A stretch of 64,000 nucleotides of DNA from Eledone cirrhosa (lineage: Eukaryota), in assembly GCA_964016885.1 (NCBI GenBank), contig OZ024741.1, forward strand, positions 365,552,001 through 365,616,000, written 5' to 3'. The notes beneath the pieces were generated by a model. That model had not been told where the DNA came from, made no database searches, and saw only the letters and a list, made by a program, of their open reading frames with translations. The translations under genes were made by a program, and so were the position numbers. Numbering within the stretch: position 1 is the first letter of the stretch; every line of letters starts with the position of its first letter. This document shows positions 47,748 through 59,909 of the stretch, one piece after another.

Positions 47748-49082
47748 CGAGACATCTTCAGATGTAAATTGCATAATAGTTGTATACCAATGGAATGATG
47801 GTAAACACATTCCAAGACACTTTAAGGAAAAAGCAAAGAAAAAACATAGAACAAAAGTGTGTTTTTGGTTTTGACTCAGAGACGTTCGTTGCAGCCTGTT
47901 GTTATTATACCTCGCCGTTTCTGAGTAATTATCTTCATTAGTTAGTTTGCGAAGTGGTTAGGGAGATGTACTACTTATTGAGTGAGTTGATACTACCTCT
48001 CAATTCTAACAACTTTCGGACGCAGGCTAGAAAAGTGGAGGGGTGAAGAATATCGTGTTACAGAAAATGATATTCTGCTTGGGGCAAGCTAAGGTTTATA
48101 AACGACAACGGAAAGGATACAATAGACAGGGTGAATTTCAGTACATATCAAGTGGAACAAATTCAGAGCTTAAAATATATTAAAGGTTAAAATTGTTAAG
48201 AATTTCAAGTTAGGATTAATTTTAGGAAATGAAAATTAAAGATTAAAATTAGAGATTTAAATTGAATGTTTAAAATATTTTAAAATGTATCCGCTTTGGG
48301 TTCCTCTCGTAGTTCAATGTTATATTCCTATGGAGTGTGAAATAGACCCGTCCTATACTATGTAAGGAGTGTGGTATGGCGATCAACAACAACTGAAATA
48401 GTGACCTCCTCCCAATAAACCCAGGGTCTAAAGGCCCACCAGCCGTTCCGAGTATTACGGTATACCGAAGAAACGGGAAATTAAAATTTTTCGAAGTACT
48501 CAAGGAGAATGGACAGACCCAGGCGTACCGAGCGCAGCTAGGAGGGTCCTCACCGCCAGCCGGTGTCGTCGTAACATATGCCATATGTTCCTAGTTATCT
48601 GTAGTAGGGAAGTTAATGATAAAATCGAGAACTGAAGCAAAGCAGGATTTACTGACACAGGAAAGCCTATACACATCTCTAGCTGCCTCTAGGACTCATG
48701 CGCCGCTCAGTCCTAGATTCATATTTGATGTAATTCAATGCTATTCCAAAATAAACATAGGTAAGTTACATAAATTCAATCCAGGCTATCACTATAATAT
48801 GAAAACACTATCGTATATTATATAACGAGTGTGTCCCAAGGGATAGTAGTAACTCACTTAATCAGCAGTACATCCACCTACCCGCTTAACAAACTAACAG
48901 GAAAGATCTGGGACGGCGAGTCATAATAACAAGCAGCTATGATCGTCTCTGGGACAAAAGCAAAAACACACTTTTTTCTTCTCTGTTTTTGTCTTTGCTT
49001 TTTTCCTTAAAGCCTCTTGGAATGTGTTCACCATCATTCTGTTGGTATACAACTATTATGCAATTTACACCTGAATATGTCA
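47748..49082. repeat. Diverged ~170-bp inverted repeat (47748-47920, 48912-49082) around ~1 kb of unassigned sequence
   Basis: gtaaattgcataatagttgtatacca...tttaaggaaaaagcaaaga versus tctttgctttttccttaaag...tggtatacaactattatgcaatttac. Confidence 0.75.
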
Positions 49083-49208
49083 CCGGGTTTTTACGCAACC
49101 TGGTCACTGAAATGTGCATATCGTTTACATAAATAAATATTTAAGGAAATCCAACCTGTCCAGCCGCCTGTCGTTTTACGTTATTATATATATATATATA
49201 TATATATA

Positions 49209-50870
49209 CTAGCAGAATGGCCCGGCGTTGCTCGGGATTCTAAACATAGTTTGGCATGTTTATATTACTTATAAAACATTAGAGCAAAAATATGAATAAT
49301 AGCAGACAATATGCAATAAATGTAAGACAATTGTATAGTGAGAGTATACATATAGGGGTTATATGTTATAAGTATTATAAGATATATTAGTTATAGGCGA
49401 AATGATTTAGGTAAGAAGTTTTATAATGTTAATCATAATGTTTATGTAGAAAGTGGTAATATCTATAGTTGTGAAGTGTTATTTCTGCTCTGTAGTATAT
49501 CTGATATTTTACATTAAGCTAATAATCTTATAGGAAACCGGGTAATACACAATATTACCCGTATCCTATTTATAATTATATATATATATATTATATATAT
49601 AAGTATAACTATTATTATTATTATGGATTGACAGTATCGGTAGAGAGTCGGACACCATGCTTTGACGCATAGAGTTACGGCCCTTTCCATTCTGAGTTCA
49701 AATCCCGCCGAGGTCAACTTTGCCTTTCATACTTATGGGGTCGATAAAATAAAGTACCAGTAATGTACTGGGTAATTGCTGGCCTTGTGCCAAAAGTAGA
49801 AACAATTATTATTATATACGGTATCTTTGCACTGAATTAATTAAAAGTTGATTAGAAGCGAAGTCAATGCAGACAGGCAGCCAGACAGACATATTATAAG
49901 CGTGCGACGTTATAGCTATGTATCCAATGCAGACAGCCAGACATACAGAGACATATTATAAGGGCGCGACGTTATAGCTATGTATCTATCTAAAATAACA
50001 GACTAAGAAAAAGAGAGGAATGTCGTATAACCGGAAGTGTTGACATACGAAAATTTGTCTCGCTTGAATCCTCATCTGCTGAAGGCGACGTTCATGATCA
50101 TCTTCAGACTCTGTTGCTCTAGTAACAGTTTTTCTTCTGGAAAATATGGTCTTGCGGCCAGGCTGGGACTTTTGGGTGGCATATCGGCAATAACAATGAC
50201 GATAAGCCGTCTGTGCTTTCGTGAAAAAAATACCTTTCTTTATATTTTTTTATTGTGTATGCAAAAATATCTGAACACGAATATATACTTATATATATAT
50301 ATATATATTAAAATAAAAGATTAAAGTTTAAGCAAAGAATCGCGGGATCTTCTGAAATAAAAAAAATCAATCTGTGAACGCAGAAATAAATATTTCGAAA
50401 AACGTTGCAACCGAAAGAAAACAGGAAGACGATACTTTGGTTCGTGAAGACGTTCCCAGGCAATGAACGGAAAAAAGCGAAGATAATACGTCAGCAATAA
50501 GCGATCAATGCAGACATCCAGATATTATAAGCGTGCGACGTTATAGCCATGTATCTAATGCAGACAGCCAGACATACAGAGAAATATTATAAGGGCGCGA
50601 CTTTATAGCTATGTATCTATCTAAAAAGATAGACAAAGAAAGAGCGATAAATGTCGTATAACCGGAAGTGTTGACATATGAAAATTAAAAAGAAGTGAAT
50701 ATTTAAATAAACAATAAAATATCTTTAATCTTTTAACGAAATTTAGAAGACAAAAATACTCCCACTTTCTTACTTGGAAAAAGTTACATCTATGGTGCAA
50801 ATTTGGTGCTGTTTGGTCCAGCCGTTTGGCGAAAAGTTTGTTACATACATACGGCCGTCAGCTTTATAAT
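49209..50870 (-). mobile_element. Non-autonomous Helitron-like element with nested insertions
   Basis: CTAG at 49209-49212 with hairpin CCCGGCG-TTG-CTCGGG. The other end fades into (TA)n. Contains a SINE, a ~185-bp direct duplication (49864-50055, 50505-50686) and a PLE pLTR piece (50300-50495). Confidence 0.65.
49625..49808 (+). mobile_element. Meta/MESC-like tRNA SINE
   Basis: ggattgacagtatcggtagag...ctgagttcaaatcccgccgaggtcaactttgcctttcat...gtcgataaaataaagtaccag. Confidence 0.88.
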
Positions 50871-51455
50871 ATATATATATATATATAATAACGTAAAACG
50901 ACATGCGGCTGGGCAGGTTGAATTTCATTAATTATTTATTTATGCAAACATTATGCAGATTTCAGGAAACTCTGCTATATATATAATCGGCTCAGGATAC
51001 AATCAGGGTGACGGGGACAGACAGACACGTTTTCGACATGTCATCAGATATGCAAGCTTATATGTGCAAAGATACAATCTATTTGCACTCTGCACACTAA
51101 AGCCGGAACACTGGAAAACAACCCAAATGGACCAAATACAACCAAACGGACTTCGTAACAGCATCGCGTGCTTCGAACAGTGCGCCGCCTTTAGCTGTCG
51201 TTAAACACTTAACTAACACAGACACACACATACACACAAGAGATGTTAACATGAATGGACCTGTTATTTTTATCTAAAGACATGTTTTCCAATTCCACGA
51301 CGCCCGTCCCTTCAATCTATCTTATTTTTCATTATTTCTCGTATGAAAGACTAGAGTCCGAAACTTTAAGATACTCTTCCTGCTGTTTCAAGCGTTAACC
51401 TAATATACTCCTTCCATATACCGATTGTGATGTTCTTTCCTTTTTCCTTTTACAA

Positions 51456-51553
<98 letters not shown>

Positions 51554-52078
51554 TCCCGTAAGTTTGAGTAAAACTTTAGGCAGTATTTGGCTGCGCTTTC
51601 TATCAACCAGCCTACTCGCCGACAGGCACCAATCCCAAACTTTCTGTCTTGACCACTAGCCACGAGACGATTCTTAGCCATTTTGAATTCGTTTCTGGCG
51701 GCGATTTTGTAAGAAAATTCTTTGTCGAATTGAGTTTATCTCCTGATGATTTCCTTCTCGTTGATTTCTCCAAGATCGGATATATCCAAAAATGGAATGA
51801 AACTGCCGGTAGTAGAGATATATTGATGATTTTGGTATGTTTATGTATATTTTTTCTTCTAACTTTAATTTTGTACCTAATTATGTAGGTTAACTATATG
51901 TCTAGTCAATTTCTACAGGCTATCAGAAATAGAGGATAAACTTTCTGTGGTTGTGAGTCGCGAATAATAAGCTATATCATTTACCTATTATTTCTTCATA
52001 AGTATATTTTGTGTTGTTGATTTATGCTGATTGAGAGAAGAAATACTGTATATATTTTATCTAATCATTCTATGGACT

Positions 52079-52246
<168 letters not shown>

Positions 52247-52261
52247 GCATATATATATATA

Positions 52262-52683
52262 TTGTTATAATTTGGGAGGGTCATGTTGCCAATAAGAAAC
52301 ACACGCACCACATGCTTTCACTTCAATTTATTATAATAAATTTATAAATTTAGGAATTTATAAATTTCCGGTTGGTTGGTTGGTTCCACAACCAGATGAT
52401 TGTTTATATATTGTCAAAGTTCTTTCGTCACACATTCTGTGACCTCTTCAGTGACTGGGGATTCTTTTCTTTGTTTTTGTGCCTCTCCTTTGTTCTGTCC
52501 TACGCCATCTTGTGTTTGTGTGTGATATGTGCTTAGTTTGCGCATGTGTTATATCCGGGTGTCTGTGTGTGTTTATATTTGTTTATTTATTTGTTTATTT
52601 ACATGTTACTGGTTGGTTGTTTGTTCTATGTGCGTGTGTGTTTTCATTTTGTCCTTAGTTGTAAGCTGTGATGTTGCTGTTGC
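52262..52683 (-). mobile_element. 3' end/pLTR of PLE family A with HHR (52412-52455)
   Basis: Near-identical to 59908-60330; begins at (TA)n. Confidence 0.9.
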
Positions 52684-52694
52684 ATATATATATA

Positions 52695-53929
52695 TATCTG
52701 GAGTCTAAAAGACAACCACACCCAATATAAGTTACACTGGGAGATCCTAGCTAGGGCAAGATCGTATAACGGAAATAAAAGACCATGTGACCTCTGCGCC
52801 GCTGAGGCCCTGGAAATAATCTACGCCACAGACCACATCTTAAACAAAAAATCTGAGGCAATTTCGGCTTGTAAACATAAATTGCACAAAACTTTCCTGT
52901 ATTACAGCCCACGTTATACCCTAACGGATAGCACGATCTATACGTGGATATTTTACGTCTTGATGTGGGAGCTAAGTATATGTTTTGAATATTCCTTTAC
53001 TTATTTGCATAGGTATGTATATATTACCCGTATGTTTTGTGAAGGTATGTATACCTTCTCGTACGTATATTTGACTGTTCTGGCGTATGTAATTTTTACA
53101 TATTCTGGTATTTAGGGTTTGGCTATGTGTATACAAGAGTTTTGCGTCCGCGTGAGTATACAGGTTCGTACGTATGGTGGGTGTGTGTATATGTGTACTT
53201 CTTGTTTTAGTTGACTTACGTCTCCGAACATTCGTGTATTTATATGTAGGTATGCGTGTGCGCTTGTTATATACGTATTTATTTACTTATATACGTTTAT
53301 ATAATTATTTATTTATTTGTAAACAAGCACCACACACACACATATTTATATGTGCGTGGTTTTGTATACCTATGGTAAGGTTTGGCGTATGCTTGTGTAT
53401 GTACGTATCTGTTTGCGTGTATGTATTTATTTGTTTCTATTACTTCTGTATTGTATTTATTTACTTTGTTCTTAACTCTGTAGCGGAGATTCATTTGGTC
53501 TCCTAGTTAGAATTTTAGTCTACGATTTCTGCTATACCATTTACGTGGTTTTGTCTTTGCGTGCTATTGTTCTCCACGCTCCACATATGACTTATTATCT
53601 TCGTTTTTTCGTTCATTGCCAGAGAACGTCCCTATGCACCACCTAAGAGAACATTAGTCTACGACCCCTTTTATACCATAAACGTGGTTTTGTCTTTGCG
53701 CGTAATTGTTTTTCACCGCTCCTATTAATGACGTATTATTCGTTTTTTCCCGTTCTTTGCCAGCGAACGTTACCACGAACCAAAGTATCGTCTTCCTGTC
53801 TTCCTCCGGTTGCAACGTTTTTTGAAATATCCAGTTCTCTGCGTTTACAGATTGACTTTGTTAGTTTCAGAAGATCCCGTTAAGGGTGAAAGCAGCGATT
53901 CTTTGCTTAAACTTTAATCTGTTATTTTA

Positions 53930-53935
<6 letters not shown>
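52695..53935 (+). mobile_element. 3' fragment of the third Naiad family with HHR family B (53863-53913)
   Basis: IWSLKDN...CDLCAAEALEI...CKHK. AGTTT-CAGAAGA-T-CCC-GTTAA-GGG-T-GAA-AGCA...TGCT-T-AAACT. Ends in (TA)n. Confidence 0.9.
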
Positions 53936-54005
<70 letters not shown>

Positions 54006-54929
54006 ATACATATATACAGAGAGATAGATAGATAGAGCAAGAGAGAGTGAGAGAGAGAGGGAGAGAGAGAGAGAGGGAGAGGGAGATAGAGAGAGAGAGG
54101 GGTAGAGAGACATAGTGGGAGGGAGAAATTTGAATTCGAACTAAAAATAGGACTGAGAAAGTCTGCACCCATTTTGATGTTTGGACTTTATTTTTCTATA
54201 TTTAAAATCTATATTACATTTGGTGAAGTGTAGCGTCAATCATTACAGCATTCCAACAACCAGCCACAGGTTCACTACAATTGTGATGTCATGAATGACA
54301 GGGTACTGTCTAAAATGTCGCTACAAATAGCACACACTTTATTTTTATTCGAAAATACTGTTGCTTTGATTTCCATGTCGATAAATAGAACGCTGTACTC
54401 CTGCATTTTTGCGGGAACAGACACATACAAACATAGACACAGAGATACACACACTTACACACATACATGCACACACACACGCGGCGCAGGCGCGTGTGTG
54501 TAAAAATTAAACAGAAATAACACAAACGGTACAGTATATGAAATATATATATTAGTTTAATATATATGTTTGCATGTATGTATGTGTGTGTATAGTTGAT
54601 TGTGTATTGTTTGTCGTACGTGCGGTTCAGGGCAAGATAAGAAGACTAATCTATTGGGAGCTGAACGGGAGTAGCTAGAATATAATACAGTTTCTCAGAC
54701 GATTTCTCTGTTTTCCTTGGTAGGCCAAATCAATATAGATCCAGGTTGGAATTCACCTTGGAATTCTCTACCAACACACTCGTCAGGTAAAAACACCACC
54801 TAAAAACACTCGCCTCCTGATGGGATTCCAGCAGCGGAATTCTGGAAAACCTAACAATGGATAACCTGGAAAGAAGAGGTCTACACTCCGGACGATGCAT
54901 CACGTTGTAACGGGTTATAGATTATGCAC

Positions 54930-55957
54930 ACGTGCTAACCCCTCCCATGGACGAGGTGGACAAAATACATAGGATATTTAATGAACTACATAACACCATC
55001 AAGTTCGATCGAACACACAACAGCCACTGTTTCCCTAAATGTGCTTACCTTTACCTTGTCCCTATATTCAGCTTGTATGAGAGAGAAACCAAGACACAGC
55101 ATATCCACATGGCCATGGGCGACTTATTCGCCGCGCCGACAGATGCGACGAGGTCAACCAAGAAAGATCTGTGCTAAACAACTTTAGGAAACTAAAGAGT
55201 GGCTATGAACAACGTTTTGTACAATTCGATGTCGAGAGTATAAGAGAAAACAGATATAAACAGAGTGACAGACATCACTCACTAACACCAACCACCACAC
55301 TTAGTCATAATAGCAAGCACAGTCATTGGCAGACCAATAACAACGATGAAAGACACAACAGCACCAAAAAGAGGAAAGAAAAGGAGAGAATAAAGGAAAA
55401 TTCTGGGTCTATATTGATATGTCATCCCAAGGAGAACAGAGAGAAAATCGTCTGAAATTTGTATTAAAAGGTCAGGTCTCGTAGTGTGAATAACAAGGCG
55501 TGGGATGATGATTTAGACAACACCACGCAGACCATCGAAGAAGACGCCTGGTGCTTTTGGAGATGCCTTGTGAAAGAATACACTACCACAGGAATTAACA
55601 ACAATAATACAGAACCAATATGCCTGAGAGACCAATTAGTGTATGATTTGAACTGCGCATGCGGAGCCAACTCCATCGGTTCTACGATACGGCTTCTGAA
55701 TAACTTGAATAACAGAATACAAGAATATTTTTAAAAATTGACGCTTACAAGCAAAGTATTTCAACACAAAGAAATATGTGTAAGGAGCATAACCACAAAA
55801 ATGCTAGGGGAGGATAAAGATACGGTATACCTAAGAATAGTGGAGGCACATTTTATTAGAAAGTTTGTGCCTACGCTTAACCGTTGGAGTGACCTGGACA
55901 CATGGAAACACCTATACATATACTTCAACGGGTCATGGATTTGCCATGCCAAACATA
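54930..55957 (+). pseudogene. Decayed PLE C-terminal region (GIY-YIG endonuclease), different family
   Basis: C...LVYDLNCACGANSIGST.R.L..RIQE and LRIVEAHFIRKFVPTLN, followed by an HHR-like motif at ~56261-56319. Confidence 0.7.
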
Positions 55958-55965
55958 ATCTAGTC

Positions 55966-56256
55966 CAGTCATGGGCAACCTGCGGCCCGCGAAGCTTTCT
56001 GAATGGCTCGTCTAAGTCACCTAAGTGAAATCTTTCTGATTTTTTTACCCCAACTTTTCAGTCGTAATTTATTTTTCTATCATTTTTACAATCGAGGAAA
56101 ACAACGTGTACGAATTCTGAAGAAACGCATCAAAACAACCTGAGTTACCGCCCTTTTTTTAAATTTTTCCACGAATGCAAATTAGCGCATGCGGCCCGCC
56201 TGATGATGAACCATATCTCATGCGGCCCGCTCCTCGAAAAAGGTTGCCCATGCCTG
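55966..56256. mobile_element. hAT-superfamily MITE, 291 bp
   Basis: TIRs CAGTCATGGGCAACCT / AGGTTGCCCATGCCTG. Perfect 8-bp TSD ATCTAGTC (55958-55965, 56257-56264). Internal GCGGCCCGC motifs. Confidence 0.92.
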
Positions 56257-56809
56257 ATCTAGTCTGATGAAAGATTATTAAGTGAGCCATAATAATCTAG
56301 CAACAAGGCTTGTAGACTGTAGCCACGTAACCGTTCACGGTAACTATACTAATACTAATCCTAATTCTAACTCCAGCCCTAACCCTAATTTTAATTCTTA
56401 CTTTAACGCTCACACTCATCTTTCTACACCAACTTCAACACTAACATCAACGCCCTCCCAACCGCTTCTCAATCCCTCTTTTTTTTCTCTCTTCTTCCAT
56501 CTCGTCTACACCTGAATGAACAATAAAACATAAACCGTATACCATTTTAAAGCAAGTTTTATCTCGTTTATTGTATTTTATTATATTCTAGCTTCTCCCT
56601 TTCAGATTCCTATAGTTTACTCTTGTTACCTTGCACTGAGCTACACGTACTACAACAAATACTAAACAACCCAATGGATTTACTCAGTTTCTTCCCCTAT
56701 TTGGCGGTACTGTCGGTAGGGGTAGAAATTGGGTAAGTCTATTTCGATAGTCGATAATTATATAGTTTTCTTTTTCACATTATTATTATTATTATATCGT
56801 CTATATAAT

Positions 56810-57210
56810 GATTTCTAGTATAGGCACAAGGCCAGTAATTTGGGGTGAGGGGAAAGTCGATTAGATCGACCCCAGTATGTAACTGGTACTTTATTATATC
56901 GACCCCACAATGATGAAAGGCAAAGTTAACCTCGGCGGGATTTGAACTCAGAACTCAGAATGCAAAGCATGGTGTCAGACTCTCTACCGATACTGCCAAT
57001 CCACCGCCCTTGTATTGTTTATATAATTGTTTCTACTTTAGGCATAAGGCCAGCAATTAACCAGTACATTACTGGTACTTTATTTTATCGACCCCGTAAG
57101 GATGAAAGGCAAAGTTAACCTCGACGGGATTTGAACTCAGACCATAAAGGGACGTAACTATGCTAGAAAGCATGGCGTCCAACCCTCTACCGATACTGCC
57201 ATTTCACCGC
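56810..57210 (-). mobile_element. Two adjacent Meta/MESC-like SINEs (56810-57009, 57023-57210)
   Basis: Each has ggca.aaggccag...ctggtactt...gatgaaaggcaaagttaacctcg...gatttgaactcaga...ctctaccgatactgcca. Confidence 0.88.
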
Positions 57211-58019
57211 CAATTCACCGCGTATTGTTTATATAATAACTCGTTATTATGCTTGTGTTTGGCTTTAATTAAAATTGTTGGCAATTTTACACATTGCACC
57301 TTTCTCCTATATAATTGTTTACTAATTTATCACGACATACGTCCTTTTATGCCACGGGACCCTATTGTTTCGTCCTTTCGACGTGATGACATCAAACCGT
57401 TTAGGAGGATTTTACTATTAGTTCACCAATTTTTAGCCATAGGCATATCTCTTCTCCGCTTCAAATCTTTGTTTTGTTTTTGTCGTCCTGAGTTTAACAA
57501 AATACGTCCAAAATTTCATATTGTTCTACTTAAATATCGAACATTTATTTATTTATCTATTTATTTATTTACAATCTGGCCCCGTGCTGTCAAAAATGAC
57601 GGTTAATTTTAATATCTATACATAATATAAAAAAGCGATGTTTGTTGTTTGGTTGGCTGGTTGGTTCCTTTGCGCTAAACTCGCACAAGTGATAACATCA
57701 TACAAACAGAGAGCTGTGACGAATCTTAGAATGCAGGACTTCTACAGTTTCTCACCCCTCCTACCTCAGTCAACACATAGATGTGTGTGTATGTAATAAT
57801 TATTGTGTTCTAAGTGCGTCTGTTTATATATATATATGTGTAGATGAGTATATTTTTGAATTATATTGTCTATGTATCTTTCTAAATAAACACATATACA
57901 CTCGCACAAATATTATATATAAATATAATTTAGACAAACACACATTTACACGCACACACAAACACTCACATAATCATAACAGCCAATGTGTAGTCAATTC
58001 GCTACACATATACACACAC

Positions 58020-58540
58020 ATCTCCCTTCCTCAGTCGACGTAATTACGCCTCCCTTCCTCATTCGACGTAATCACCCCTTCCTTCTTCAGTCGACGTAAT
58101 TACCCCTTCCTTCCTCAGTATACGTATTAACTCCGCCCTTCCTCAGTCGACATCATCACCCCTTCCTTCTTCAGTCGACGTAATCACCCCTTCTTTCCTC
58201 AGTCGACGTAATCACCCCTTCTTTCCTCAATCGACGTCATCACCCCTTCCTTCCTCAGTCGACGTCATCACCCCTCCTTCCTCAGTCGACGTAATCACCC
58301 GTTCCTTCTTCAGTCGACGTAATCACCCCTTCCTTCCTCAGTATACGTATTAACTCCGCCCTTCCTCAGTCGACGTCATCACCCCTTCCTTCTTCAGTCG
58401 ACGTTATCACCCCTTCTTTCCTCAGTCGACGTCATCACCCCTTCCTTCCTCAGTCGACGTCATCACCCCTTCCTTCTTCAGTCAACGTAATCACCCCTTC
58501 CTTCTTCGGTCGACGTAATTACTCCTTCATTCCTCAGACA
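58020..58540. repeat. 28-bp minisatellite, ~18 copies
   Basis: Consensus cagtcgacgt(a/c)atcaccccttccttc(c/t)t; the variant unit cagtatacgtattaactccgcc appears at 58116 and 58339. Confidence 0.95.
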
Positions 58541-58779
58541 TCTCTACTGCGTTACGGACAAATTCACAAGATTACTGTAGCTTTTGCTAACGCCATGTAA
58601 TTTTATGTCATTTTACTTTCATTTCTTTTGTTTACTTTATCGTTCATGTCTGAGTTCTGTACTGTGTTTAATCTCGTTCTTCGTCCCATAATATAGACCA
58701 AGAGAATATTAACCTATCTTAGACATTGTGATGCCGAATGGACTAGCACTGCGATTGGTGGAGGTTGTAACTGTGTACG

Positions 58780-59878
58780 ACAACATCTTTAACAAAAAAT
58801 CTGAGGCATTTTCGGCTTGTAAACATAAATTGCACAACACTTTCCTGTATTACAGCCCCACGTTATACCCTAACGGATAGTACGATCTATACGTGGATAT
58901 TTTACGTCTTGATGTGGGAGCTAAGTATATGTTTTCTTTATACCATTACTTATTTGCATAGGGAAGTATATATTACCTATATGTTTTGTGAAGGTACGTA
59001 TACCTTCTCGTACGTATATTTGATTGTTTATGTTATGGCGTATAATTTTATATATTCTGGTACATATGGTTTGGCCATGTGTATACGGGAGTTTTGCGTC
59101 TGTGTTAGTATGCAGGTTCGTACGTATGTAGGGTGTGTGTATATGTGTACTTCATGTTTTGGTTGACTTACGTCTCCGAACATTCGTGTATTTACATGTA
59201 GGTATGTGTGTGCGCTTGTTATATACGTATTTATTTATTTAGATACGTTTATATAATTATTTATTTATTTGTATACACGCATACACACACACATATTTAT
59301 ATGTGCGTGGTTTTGTATACCTATGGTAAGTGTTTTGCGTATGCTTGTGTATGTACGTATTTGTTTGCGTGTATGTATTTATTTATTTCTATTACTTCTG
59401 TATTGTATTTATTTACTTTGTTCTTAACTCTGTAGCGGAGATTCATTCGGTCTCCGAGTTAGAATTTTAGTCTACGACTTCTGCTATACCATTTACGTGG
59501 TTTTGTCTTTGCGTGCTATTGTTCTCCACGCTCCACATAAGACGTATTATCTTCGTTTTTTTCGTTCATTGCCAGAGAACGTCTCTATGCACCACCTAAG
59601 AGAACATTAGTCTACGACCTCTTTTATACCATAAACGTGGTTCTGTCTTTGCGCGTAATTGTTTTTCACCGCTCCTATTAATGACGTATTATATTCGATT
59701 TTTCCCGTTTTTTGCCAGCGAACGTTACCACGAACCAAAGTATCGTCTTCCTCTCTTCCTCCGGTTGCAACGTTTTTTTGAAATATCCACTTCTGCGTTT
59801 ACAGATTGACTTTGTTAGTTTCAGAAGATCCCGTTAAGGGTGAAAGCAGCGATTCTTTGCTTAAACTTTAATCTGTTA

Positions 59879-59885
<7 letters not shown>
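58780..59885 (+). mobile_element. 3' fragment of the third Naiad family with HHR family B (59817-59867)
   Basis: Near-identical to 52835-53930; ends in (TA)n. Confidence 0.9.

Positions 59886-59907
<22 letters not shown>

Positions 59908-59909
<2 letters not shown>

Noticed and set aside
56345-56400. Telomere-like cctaaccctaa
   Set aside because: Only one or two imperfect units within a PLE 3' low-complexity tract.
57338-57606. Possible MITE with degenerate ~30-bp inverted ends
   Set aside because: Arms are too mismatched and no TSD is identifiable by eye.
58020-58540. CRISPR-like 28-bp periodicity
   Set aside because: Units are contiguous with no unique spacers, there are no cas genes, and the context is eukaryotic.
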